DNA of 43,311 nucleotides. It comes from Candidatus Sumerlaeaceae bacterium. Its GTDB lineage: Bacteria > Sumerlaeota > Sumerlaeia > Sumerlaeales > Sumerlaeaceae. Below the pieces are notes generated by a model. The model was not told the origin of the DNA. It worked only from the letters and a program-made list of their open reading frames with translations, and did not search any database. Shown here in pieces: positions 9,944-17,996 of this stretch (positions are counted from its first letter, which is position 1; the number at the start of each line of letters is the position of its first letter). The translations under genes and the position numbers were made by a program. The DNA is taken from the NCBI GenBank assembly GCA_026419455.1, contig JANZZJ010000261.1, positions 1-43,311 of the forward strand. Direction: 5' to 3'.

Positions 9944-11173
9944 ATGCTTTTCTGGACGATCGTCAAAGTTGCTCTCCGAAGCTTGGCCGCAAATAAATTG
10001 CGGTCCTTTCTCACGATGCTTGGCGTGATCATTGGGGTTGCCGCTGTGATTGCGATGCTTGGTCTGGGCGCTGGCACACGTGAAAAGGTCATGGAGTCGG
10101 TTCGCACGATGGGGGCGAATTTGCTTGTTATTCGGCCCGGAATGACAGGCGGGGGAAGCGGCGTTTTTACGGCTGAGCGAGTGAATCTGCGTGTGGAAGA
10201 CGCTGAAGCTATTTTAGCACATGTCCCTGAAATTGAAATGGTTTGTCCAGAAGTCACTGGGCGTTATCAAGTCAAGTTCATGAACAAAAATAGTCGCCCC
10301 AGTGTGCAAGGCGAAGCTGTAACCTACTTCCCAGTCCGTAACTACGTGGTAGAAAAGGGGCGTGCTTTCACCGAAAGTGACGTTTTACGCAGTGCTCGTG
10401 TGGCTGTCATAGGACCTAAAACTGCTGAAGACCTTTTCGGCGAACTGGATCCAATCGGTCAGACGATCAAAGTGCGCGGGATTAATTTTCTCGTGGTTGG
10501 GGTGACGAAACCAAAGGGCGATCAGGGATGGTTCAACCCTGACGATCAGGTTATAATCCCATACACGACAGCGATGAACCAAGTGATGGGACGCGACTCG
10601 CTGAGTAGCATCTACTGCAAGGTGAAAAACGGGGCAGACATGGCCAAAGCCCAAGAAAAGGTGGCGGAAGTCTTGCGACGCCAACATAGAATTCAGCCTG
10701 GCGCCCCCGACGATTTCACCATCAGAAACCTCCAAGAAATCTCTGATTCACTTAATCAGGTATCCCAAGTTTTCACTATGCTTTTGGCCGGAGTTGCAGC
10801 CGTGTCGCTGCTTGTCGGCGGAATTGGCATTATGAATATCATGCTCGTAACGGTGACAGAGCGGACTCGTGAGATAGGGGTGCGCAAGGCACTGGGAGCT
10901 CGGGCTATTGATCTTATGAGCCAGTTTCTGCTGGAAGCTGTGGTGATTAGCCTAACAGGCGGAATTATTGGGGTAACGCTGGGAATAGGAGCTATTGTCG
11001 CTTTCAACAAGATAACGGAAGCAGTCTCGGGAACGGCGTATGGAGCGCAGGTTCAAATGCTCCCCGTTGTCATCTCATTTGGTTTCTCGGTGCTCGTAGG
11101 AGTGTTTTTCGGTTGGTATCCGGCGAGAAAAGCTGCGAAATTAGACCCGATTGAGGCCCTTCGTTATGAATAG
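9944..11173 (+). CDS. MacB/FtsX-family ABC transporter permease
   Basis: LRSFLTMLGVIIGV, GGIGIMNIMLVTVTERTREIGVRKALGA and PARKAAKLDPIEALRYE motifs. Confidence 0.93.
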   Translation: MLFWTIVKVALRSLAANKLRSFLTMLGVIIGVAAVIAMLGLGAGTREKVMESVRTMGANLLVIRPGMTGGGSGVFTAERVNLRVEDAEAILAHVPEIEMVCPEVTGRYQVKFMNKNSRPSVQGEAVTYFPVRNYVVEKGRAFTESDVLRSARVAVIGPKTAEDLFGELDPIGQTIKVRGINFLVVGVTKPKGDQGWFNPDDQVIIPYTTAMNQVMGRDSLSSIYCKVKNGADMAKAQEKVAEVLRRQHRIQPGAPDDFTIRNLQEISDSLNQVSQVFTMLLAGVAAVSLLVGGIGIMNIMLVTVTERTREIGVRKALGARAIDLMSQFLLEAVVISLTGGIIGVTLGIGAIVAFNKITEAVSGTAYGAQVQMLPVVISFGFSVLVGVFFGWYPARKAAKLDPIEALRYE

Positions 11174-12956
11174 GTTCCGAGTCTTTGCCCGTGTTGCAGC
11201 TGCTGCAACGTTCTGTTTTTTTCTAGCGATTCGTCTTTGTGCCGAGGACTTCACGTCACCTCCAGTGACAAGAAGCGGATCAGTAACCGTTGCCAGGTTG
11301 GTCGAGCGTGGTGACCAACTCGATCCGCTAGAGCTTTTGCAGGAGGTGACGGAATCCCCAACGGAGGCTACGCTCGAGACGAGTGGGCCTACATTTGGAT
11401 TCAACCGGGAGGACTATGGCACGTCGGTTGGCCGGCATAGCTTGCAGTTGTTGCCTGATACTCCATTGCCAGTCGCAGAGCTTGACGCCGTGAGTACTTC
11501 AGGAATGGGTGCCAAGCCAGTTTCGTTGCTAGAAGCCATTTGCTGGGCACTGGAGTCAAACCAAAACCTGAAAATTGAGAGGTTGCGTCCTGAGATTTCC
11601 GCTACGTCTATCGAAAGTGCATGGGGGGCTTTCGACACGCGGCTTTCGGCGCAGGCGTCAGCGGGAAGCGTGCACTCCTCGACGCTGGGCCCCCGTTCAA
11701 AGAGCGCTCCATCGAGTCCACGAGAAGAAAACGAAAATATCTCACGAGCACGTAACTTGTCCGCTGACCTGAGTGGCCGGCTGCCCACGGGAACCGACTA
11801 TGATCTGGGAATCACGCTTAACCGCTCTGCCACGAATTCGAGTTATCCTTTTTACTCCTCGGCAGTAAACCTAAACATTACCCAGAATCTGCTCAAGGGC
11901 GGTGGCTCGCGGGTTAATCTCGTCCAAGTGCGAGTTGCCGAAAACACGTATCTCATATCTCTTTATCAGCTGCAGCAGGCTCTTATTAACCTTATAGCGA
12001 ATGTGGAAACCGCTTACTGGGACTTGTATCTTTCTTATAAGACTCTCGAGATCCGGCTTGAGGCATACCGGCTGGCAAAGGAACAGCGCCGCCGAACGGA
12101 AGAATTTGTTCGGGTGGGGCGGGATACCCCTCTGGGGCTATTTGGTGCACACGCGGAAGAAGCAGCCCGAATCTCCGACGTCATCAATGCGGTGGCTGAG
12201 GTTAAACGGCGCCGGATAGTATTCTTGCAGCTTGTGAATCCCGAGCGGGTTCCCAAGGGGTGGGAGACGCGAGTTTTTCCCAGAGAGGACCCTGTGGTTC
12301 CCAGCGAACCCCTTATACCGGAACAACACGTTGCCGTGGCGATGAAACACCGGCCTGACCTTCAGCAGGCACGTCTTGACCTTGCGAATGGTGAGCTGGA
12401 AGTAGTGCGGACAAAAAATGGGCTTCTCCCGTCCCTAGATTTTTTTACAGACCTCGGTCTGGCGTCGCGAGGAGATAATCCCAGCGATGCTAATGCCAAA
12501 TTGGGAGACTATCCGAGTTGGCGGATAGGGCTTCAGTTTTCCTACGCTTTGCAGAATCGGACAGCGCGTGCAGCTTTTAGGCGTGCCGAGTTCAATCGTG
12601 CGATCGCGGAGGAGGCCATCGAGAACTATAGGCAGATCATCGAAGTGGACGTACGCTTGGCAATTAATGAGATTGAGCGGACAAAACGGCTAATAGAGTC
12701 CACGCACATTACGCGGTTGCTGCGCGGGGAAGAACTTGCTGCGGAAATCGAAAAGTTTCGCGTAGGACGTTCTACGCAACTGTTGGTGGCACAGGCGCAA
12801 CGTGACCTGACTGCCGCGCGGGTGGATGAAATTTCCGCCATTGTGGCGCATGTAAAGGCTTACCTGACCTTGTTCAAAGCGGAAGGGAGCATCCTGCAGC
12901 GTCGCGGCATCCAGCCTGTCGTAAATACGGCTAGAAATGGAGTAAAGGGACATTGA
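11166..12956 (+). CDS. TolC-family outer membrane efflux protein
   Basis: ATG at 11166 overlaps the permease stop region. Signal peptide, OEP repeats (ETAYWDL, RPDLQQARL, LLPSLD, FRVGRSTQLLVAQAQ), and position inside the exporter operon. Confidence 0.85.
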   Translation: MNRFRVFARVAAAATFCFFLAIRLCAEDFTSPPVTRSGSVTVARLVERGDQLDPLELLQEVTESPTEATLETSGPTFGFNREDYGTSVGRHSLQLLPDTPLPVAELDAVSTSGMGAKPVSLLEAICWALESNQNLKIERLRPEISATSIESAWGAFDTRLSAQASAGSVHSSTLGPRSKSAPSSPREENENISRARNLSADLSGRLPTGTDYDLGITLNRSATNSSYPFYSSAVNLNITQNLLKGGGSRVNLVQVRVAENTYLISLYQLQQALINLIANVETAYWDLYLSYKTLEIRLEAYRLAKEQRRRTEEFVRVGRDTPLGLFGAHAEEAARISDVINAVAEVKRRRIVFLQLVNPERVPKGWETRVFPREDPVVPSEPLIPEQHVAVAMKHRPDLQQARLDLANGELEVVRTKNGLLPSLDFFTDLGLASRGDNPSDANAKLGDYPSWRIGLQFSYALQNRTARAAFRRAEFNRAIAEEAIENYRQIIEVDVRLAINEIERTKRLIESTHITRLLRGEELAAEIEKFRVGRSTQLLVAQAQRDLTAARVDEISAIVAHVKAYLTLFKAEGSILQRRGIQPVVNTARNGVKGH

Positions 12957-14341
12957 GTAAGAGGACCGTCATTATTATAATTCTCGTGGCAGGAGTTGTT
13001 GCTGCGTATTGGAAATGGGGACGTGCCGCGAAATCCCCGGTACAGGAGGCTGAGCAGGCAACCCGCACGGTCAAGGTTGAACGTGGGACGATAGAACTGA
13101 AAGTCTCAACGACGGGTCGTGTGATTTCCAACCGTGACGTTGACATCAAGTCCAAGGCGAGCGGTCAAATCGTCCGATTTCCCTTTGACATCAGCGACCA
13201 GGTAACAAGTGGCGCCCTGCTAGCTGAGCTCGATCCAGTTGACGAAATTCGCAACGTAACTCAGCGCGAGGCAGCGCTCGCATCGGCAAGGGCGCGTCTC
13301 GAACAGGCAAAGCAGGAGTATCAGGTGGCGCTCGTCAATCTGGAGACACAGACGTCGAGCGCTTTGGCCGAACTTGCAGCAGCCACCATTCGCGAGCGAG
13401 ACGCCCGAGCACGATTAGCCCGCGAGGAAGAACTTTATCAGAAGGGGCTCACGACAAAAGAATCGCTTGATGCTGCACGCAGCGAGGCGGCAAGCGCTGC
13501 GAATCAACTTCGGCAGGCCGAGGTCAAGGTGGCGCAAACCAGGAATTTACCGCGCACGGTTGAAATGAGGCGGCAGGATGTTGTGTTGGCGGAATCCGAC
13601 GTCAGGCGCGCTGAAGTGGATCTTCAAAATGCCCAACAGCGCTTACGCGAGACTAAGATCTTTGCCCCCATGGACGGCGTAGTGACTGCGAAGATGGTCC
13701 AGGAGGGGCAAATCATTTCATCAGGAATCTCAAATGTGGGGGGAGGAACAACGCTTCTCACACTTAGCGATCTCTCACGAATTTTCGTTAGCGCGAGTGT
13801 GGATGAATCCGACATAGGCAAAGTGAAACTGGGTCAACGTGCGATCATAACGTGTGATGCTTATCCGGGACGCCGCTTCCGCGGAAAGGTAGTCCGGATT
13901 GCCACAAAGGGGACAAACAACAACAATGTTGTGACTTTTGAAGTGAAAATCGAGGTGGAGGGTGAGGGCAAAGAGCTGCTGCGTCCGGAGATGACGGCAA
14001 ACGTCGAAATCCAAGCCGACCGGAAGGAAGATGTCTTGCTCCTTCCAAATGAAGCTGTTCAGTTTGGACGGATGGGCTATTATGTTGAAACAAAGAAGGC
14101 CGATGATCCCACCACCACCGTGCGCAAACCCGTAAAAACGGGCATCACCGACGGGCTAATGACCGAGATCGCCGAAGGCGTCCAAGAGGGTGAAGAAGTT
14201 CTGGTGCCAAGCACCGTGCAAAGTCGCTGGGTACAGGGACAAGCTGGTGGCCCTGGCCAGCGTGGTGCGAACTTCGATCGCGGCATGCGGATGGCCACAT
14301 TCCGGCTGAGCGGGGCAGGTGGGGGCGGAGGGAGACGCTGA
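12953..14341 (+). CDS. Periplasmic adaptor (MacA-like membrane fusion protein)
   Basis: N-terminal anchor, DIKSKASGQI lipoyl half, long coiled coil, IFAPMDGVV, VDESDIGKVKLGQ and LRPEMTA motifs. Confidence 0.92.
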   Translation: MSKRTVIIIILVAGVVAAYWKWGRAAKSPVQEAEQATRTVKVERGTIELKVSTTGRVISNRDVDIKSKASGQIVRFPFDISDQVTSGALLAELDPVDEIRNVTQREAALASARARLEQAKQEYQVALVNLETQTSSALAELAAATIRERDARARLAREEELYQKGLTTKESLDAARSEAASAANQLRQAEVKVAQTRNLPRTVEMRRQDVVLAESDVRRAEVDLQNAQQRLRETKIFAPMDGVVTAKMVQEGQIISSGISNVGGGTTLLTLSDLSRIFVSASVDESDIGKVKLGQRAIITCDAYPGRRFRGKVVRIATKGTNNNNVVTFEVKIEVEGEGKELLRPEMTANVEIQADRKEDVLLLPNEAVQFGRMGYYVETKKADDPTTTVRKPVKTGITDGLMTEIAEGVQEGEEVLVPSTVQSRWVQGQAGGPGQRGANFDRGMRMATFRLSGAGGGGGRR

Positions 14342-14342
14342 C

Positions 14343-15068
14343 GTGAGCCGCTGCATCGAACTACGTGACATTGTGAAAATCTATCGCATGGGCGATCAGG
14401 ATGTACGCGCTGTTGACGGCGTGAGCTTCTCCGTGGAAAGCGGTGAAATGGTGGCCATCACGGGCGCTTCTGGAAGTGGGAAGACGACGCTGATGAATAT
14501 TATAGGCTGCCTCGATCGTCCGACGTCGGGTCAATACTTTCTCGATGGGGAAGACGTCAGCCGTCTGAGCGAGAATGCTTTGGCACGCATTCGCAACCGA
14601 AAGATCGGTTTCGTTTTTCAGAATTTTAATCTTCTTCCGCGTATGACGGCACTCGAAAATGTTGAGGTGCCGCTGCTCTATGCCGGGTTCCATCACGCTA
14701 AAGAACAGGCGATGGCAGCGCTTGAAAGGGTTGGACTCGCCTCGCGTGCAAATCACGAACCCAACCAACTGTCGGGTGGACAACGACAGCGCGTGGCCAT
14801 TGCGCGCGCCCTGGTGACAAACCCCACAATTATCCTAGCAGACGAACCAACGGGTAACCTCGACAGTAGGACAAGTGTGGAAATCATGGAACTGTTTAGT
14901 GAACTGAATACTCAGGGTGTGACACTGATTATTGTGACGCACGAGCACGATATAGCCTCGTGGTGTCGTCGCATTATTCAAATGCGCGACGGCAAAATTC
15001 TTGATGACCGCCCAGTGGAGCCGAAACGGATCGTTCACAGCACGCTGACGGCACCTAATTCAAAATAA
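14343..15068 (+). CDS. ABC transporter ATP-binding protein (MacB/LolD type)
   Basis: [23 protein letters not shown] and [11 protein letters not shown] motifs. GTG start at 14343, just after the upstream stop. Confidence 0.94.
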   Translation: MSRCIELRDIVKIYRMGDQDVRAVDGVSFSVESGEMVAITGASGSGKTTLMNIIGCLDRPTSGQYFLDGEDVSRLSENALARIRNRKIGFVFQNFNLLPRMTALENVEVPLLYAGFHHAKEQAMAALERVGLASRANHEPNQLSGGQRQRVAIARALVTNPTIILADEPTGNLDSRTSVEIMELFSELNTQGVTLIIVTHEHDIASWCRRIIQMRDGKILDDRPVEPKRIVHSTLTAPNSK

Positions 15069-15138
15069 CAAGTTCTCGTTTTTTGTTTGCTCTCAAGCCG
15101 ATGCGAGGACATGTTTGGGGATCGGAAGGTGATGTGGT

Positions 15139-16221
15139 GTGCCGACAATCAGCAACAAACAGAAGACCTTAGGCGGCAAACGAGAACGGGAAAATGCGGT
15201 TACGCGCCTGTTGACCGTTGTGTGTGCGCTGGCAAGCAAGAAAGGCGGGCTCACCTATGCGGAGATCCAAGATTACCTTGCGAGAGCCAATCATAAAGTT
15301 AGTCGCCGAACCATCGAACGCGACATTGATACACTGATGCGCTTTTGGGAGATTGAACGTGTTCGAAAAGGAACGACGGTGCGATGGAAGCTTCTGGGGC
15401 CGATTGAAAGTGAGCTTCCTTTTCCGCTCGAGACCCTGGAACTCTTCGCGCTAACCATCGCATATCAGGCGCTTGCGGTAAGTGATTTGCGGTGGCTAGC
15501 TCCGTACCTAAAGAATCTCGTTGCACGCCTGCGGCCAGAATTTTCGCGTTCGTATCAGAAATTTTTCGATTTTTTGGAAAATAAGTTTACCAATGCCACA
15601 ATAGCCACCCCCAATCCGCCCGGATGTTGCGGCCGTTACGACTCCCTTATGGAAGCCATCATACAGCGCCGCCGGGTGATTATAAGTTATCGTGACAGCA
15701 AAGACCAGTTAACAAAGAATCGTGAGATAGCGCCGCTTCTTATTGTTCATGAGCGTGGAGGAACATACCTAGCAGCGCACTGCTTTCGAAGAAATGGACA
15801 TCGACTATTTCGTCTCTCGCGCATCCAAAATCTCGAGGTAACGGACAAAACATTCGACGATGGGCTGCTTGAGGGACTTAAAGAAAAACTTGGGACATCG
15901 CTCGGCGCGTTCCATGCTGAACCCGAGAAAGTAGTCGTCGAAGTTGATAAATTGTTAGCTCGGTATCTTGAGGAAAATCCCATCCATCGCAGCCAGACTT
16001 TGAAAAAAGAGAAGGGTCGTTATTACGTGCACCTTTTCGTCGGTCTTAATGAAACCCTTTTCCACCAATTGATGGGATTTGGTCCCCACGCACGCGTCAT
16101 CGAACCTCAGAAACTGGCCAGCCTGCTTCTCGAGCGACATCGAGAAGCACTGGAGTACCAAACTGGCGTCATTACGGAAAACAGGATCCAGCCTGATTTG
16201 CCACTAAGTTACAAGGACTGA
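15139..16221 (+). CDS. HTH-WYL-WCX transcriptional regulator (DriD/PafC/YafY-like)
   Basis: N-terminal wHTH (VSRRTIERDIDTL), WYL domain (ISYRDS...REIAPL...TYLAAHC...RLFRLSRI) and WCX region (HRSQ...LMGFGPHARVIEPQKL). Confidence 0.92.
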   Translation: MPTISNKQKTLGGKRERENAVTRLLTVVCALASKKGGLTYAEIQDYLARANHKVSRRTIERDIDTLMRFWEIERVRKGTTVRWKLLGPIESELPFPLETLELFALTIAYQALAVSDLRWLAPYLKNLVARLRPEFSRSYQKFFDFLENKFTNATIATPNPPGCCGRYDSLMEAIIQRRRVIISYRDSKDQLTKNREIAPLLIVHERGGTYLAAHCFRRNGHRLFRLSRIQNLEVTDKTFDDGLLEGLKEKLGTSLGAFHAEPEKVVVEVDKLLARYLEENPIHRSQTLKKEKGRYYVHLFVGLNETLFHQLMGFGPHARVIEPQKLASLLLERHREALEYQTGVITENRIQPDLPLSYKD

Positions 16222-16253
16222 TTTACGGGAAGCTTGGGTTTCATAAATCAGTC
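16216..16253 (+). terminator. Hairpin overlapping the WYL stop codon (possible terminator or insulator)
   Basis: GACTGATTTA (16216-16225) is perfectly complementary to TAAATCAGTC (16244-16253). There is no clear U-tract. Confidence 0.45.
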
Positions 16254-16265
16254 ATCGCAAAACAA

Positions 16266-16286
16266 GTATGACCTAAACTGTCGGAT
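16266..16286 (+). promoter_or_regulatory. 21-bp box, copy 1 (GTATGACCTAAACTGTCGGAT); candidate WYL operator
   Basis: Exact duplicate at 16512-16532, with a GAC-N7-GTC pseudo-palindromic core. It starts 45 bp after the WYL stop codon. The operator role is inferred. Confidence 0.65.
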
Positions 16287-16317
16287 GCCCGGCAACCCAT
16301 AATGGTACATTATCGCG

Positions 16318-16456
16318 TAAGACATCTGCGGCTAGTACGCTTTATGGCAAGTTCTAGCCAGGAGAAAACAAGTCCCGAGAAGGAGACGGGGAGAGGAAAA
16401 CGGGGCAGGGGGGAAAAGAGAGGCGCCGACTGGGGGGACGGCGCCTCTCGCGTTTT
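16318..16456 (+). ncRNA. Candidate small RNA 1 (~140 nt)
   Basis: Lies downstream of the box and TACATT (16306-16311). 5' hairpin GGCTAG...CTAGCC (16330-16359), purine-rich linker, 11-bp stem 16418-16428/16439-16449, then GCGTTTT. Transcription is inferred, not shown. Confidence 0.5.
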
Positions 16457-16511
16457 CACGGCAGTGGGTCCGAGTTGCAATACACGATTCTTACGGAACT
16501 ACGAAAACGAT

Positions 16512-16532
16512 GTATGACCTAAACTGTCGGAT
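16512..16532 (+). promoter_or_regulatory. 21-bp box, copy 2; candidate WYL operator
   Basis: Identical to 16266-16286 while most flanking sequence has diverged. Confidence 0.65.
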
Positions 16533-16557
16533 ACTCGGGATGAAGCAACAGTATAGC

Positions 16558-16700
16558 TAAGACAAACGCGTGCAGTTTTGGCTTCACCGACAAGCCACAT
16601 CCTGCCAAATAAGAGTCAGGGGCGAGTTGGGAACAGTAAAGACGGGGAGGAGAAAACGAGAGGCGCCGGCTGGGGAGGAGGACGGCGCCTCTCTCTTTTT
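16558..16700 (+). ncRNA. Candidate small RNA 2 (~140 nt), paralog of candidate 1
   Basis: Lies downstream of the box and TATAGC (16552-16557). 5' hairpin TGGCTT...AAGCCA, purine-rich linker, identical 11-bp stem 16658-16668/16683-16693, then TCTTTTT. Confidence 0.5.
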
Positions 16701-16798
16701 GCACAGGACGAAAAGCACAGCTGTGCGGTGTAGGCTTAGAGAGCAATTTAACCAAATTTTTCTTTACCGCCATCGCCACAGCCCCCAGAACAGCCAGC

Positions 16799-17923
16799 AT
16801 GCGAGTGGCACTAGTCCATGATTGGCTCAACGGGATGCGGGGGGGAGAAAAGGTTTTTGAAGTGCTTTGCGAACTTTATCCCCAAGCTGACGTGTTCACC
16901 CTGTTTTTCGAACCCAGGCGCGTGTCGCCGATCATCCGAGCGATGAAAGTTCACGAATGGTGGGCTGCCCGTCGCATTCCCTTTGCACGTCGCTACTACA
17001 GATGGTTTCTACCATTTTTTCCGAGGGCAGTCGAACATTTTTCTATTACGGGATATGATCTCGTCATTTCGACGTCACATTGTGTTGCTAAAGGGATTTG
17101 TCCCCGCCCTGAGAGCACAGTCCATATCTGTTATTGTTTCACCCCCATGCGCTATTTGTGGGATAAATTCGACGACTACTTTGGAAACCCGTGGCACTTC
17201 AGCTCATGGGTTATGCGAGCGTTGCGCGAACCGCTAAGGCGCTGGGATGTAGAAACGGCGTCCCGGGTGACGCATTTTCTTGCGCCGTCGGAATACGTGC
17301 GGGAGCGAATACGGCGGCATTATATGCGTGATGCTGTTGTCATTCCGCCCCCTGTGGACTGGGGAAGGTACTCGGTGGTCGAAAGGGTTCCTGCGGATTT
17401 CTTCTTGGTCGTTTCAGCCCTTGAACCGTATAAGCGTGTGGATATTGCCATCGAAGCCTGCAATCGGCTCAAAGTACCTCTGAAAATTGTCGGCACCGGC
17501 ACGCAAGAGAAGCGCCTTCGGCGACTTGCGGGGCCCACGATCGAATTCCTCGGTTGGGTTTCTGACACTCAGTTGGCAGCATTGTATTCGTGTGCGCGAG
17601 CACTGCTATTTCCATCGGATGAGGATTTCGGTATTGTGCCCGTGGAGGCCATGGCGTCGGGTTGTCCGGTGATTGCATTCCGCAAAGGTGGAGCCTTAGA
17701 GACTGTTGTTGAGGGGCACACGGGGATTTTTTTCGACGAGCAGACACCTGACTCGCTCATAGTTGCCATGCAACAAATGGAAACTTTCCAGTTTGATGAA
17801 GAGTTCGGGAGACGTCATGCACAGCGATTTGCGCGCGAAACGTTCATGGCCCGACTGCGCGAAGCGATAGAGAAACTGGCAGGACTATCGTCGGGATCTT
17901 TTCGGGCTGTGAAAAACGACTGA
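16799..17923 (+). CDS. Glycosyltransferase family 4 (GT-B)
   Basis: MRVALVHDWL..RGGEKV and EDFGIVPVEAMASGCPVIA motifs. Confidence 0.92.
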   Translation: MRVALVHDWLNGMRGGEKVFEVLCELYPQADVFTLFFEPRRVSPIIRAMKVHEWWAARRIPFARRYYRWFLPFFPRAVEHFSITGYDLVISTSHCVAKGICPRPESTVHICYCFTPMRYLWDKFDDYFGNPWHFSSWVMRALREPLRRWDVETASRVTHFLAPSEYVRERIRRHYMRDAVVIPPPVDWGRYSVVERVPADFFLVVSALEPYKRVDIAIEACNRLKVPLKIVGTGTQEKRLRRLAGPTIEFLGWVSDTQLAALYSCARALLFPSDEDFGIVPVEAMASGCPVIAFRKGGALETVVEGHTGIFFDEQTPDSLIVAMQQMETFQFDEEFGRRHAQRFARETFMARLREAIEKLAGLSSGSFRAVKND

Positions 17924-17996
17924 CGCAGAAGCTTAGCCTTGCATGCCGCTCCTGAATGGCGCTAAATGTTGTCGATACTCACGGAGGCTGGTGCAC

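Larger units (their letters stand above)
16266..16700 (+). repeat. Two tandem ~240-246-bp cassettes with block-wise conservation
   Basis: Shared blocks: the 21-bp box (16266/16512), TAAGACA (16318/16558), AGACGGGGAG (16384/16640), GAGAGGCGCCG (16418/16658) and CGGCGCCTCTC (16439/16683). Confidence 0.9.

Noticed and set aside
16266-16532. The two identical 21-bp boxes as a minimal CRISPR array
   Set aside because: Only two copies, separated by 225 bp that itself contains conserved blocks, and no cas genes in the window.
16418-16693. The GAGAGGCGCCG hairpins as REP/MITE or transposon ends
   Set aside because: No transposase, no target-site duplication and no other copy seen in the window. A genome-wide search is still needed to exclude this fully.
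16302-16830. ORFs 16302-16517 (+), 16570-16821 (+) and 16519-16830 (-) as real genes
   Set aside because: They run through terminator-like stems or the boxes, lack convincing RBSs, and the DNA blocks shared by the two units are not kept in one reading frame.
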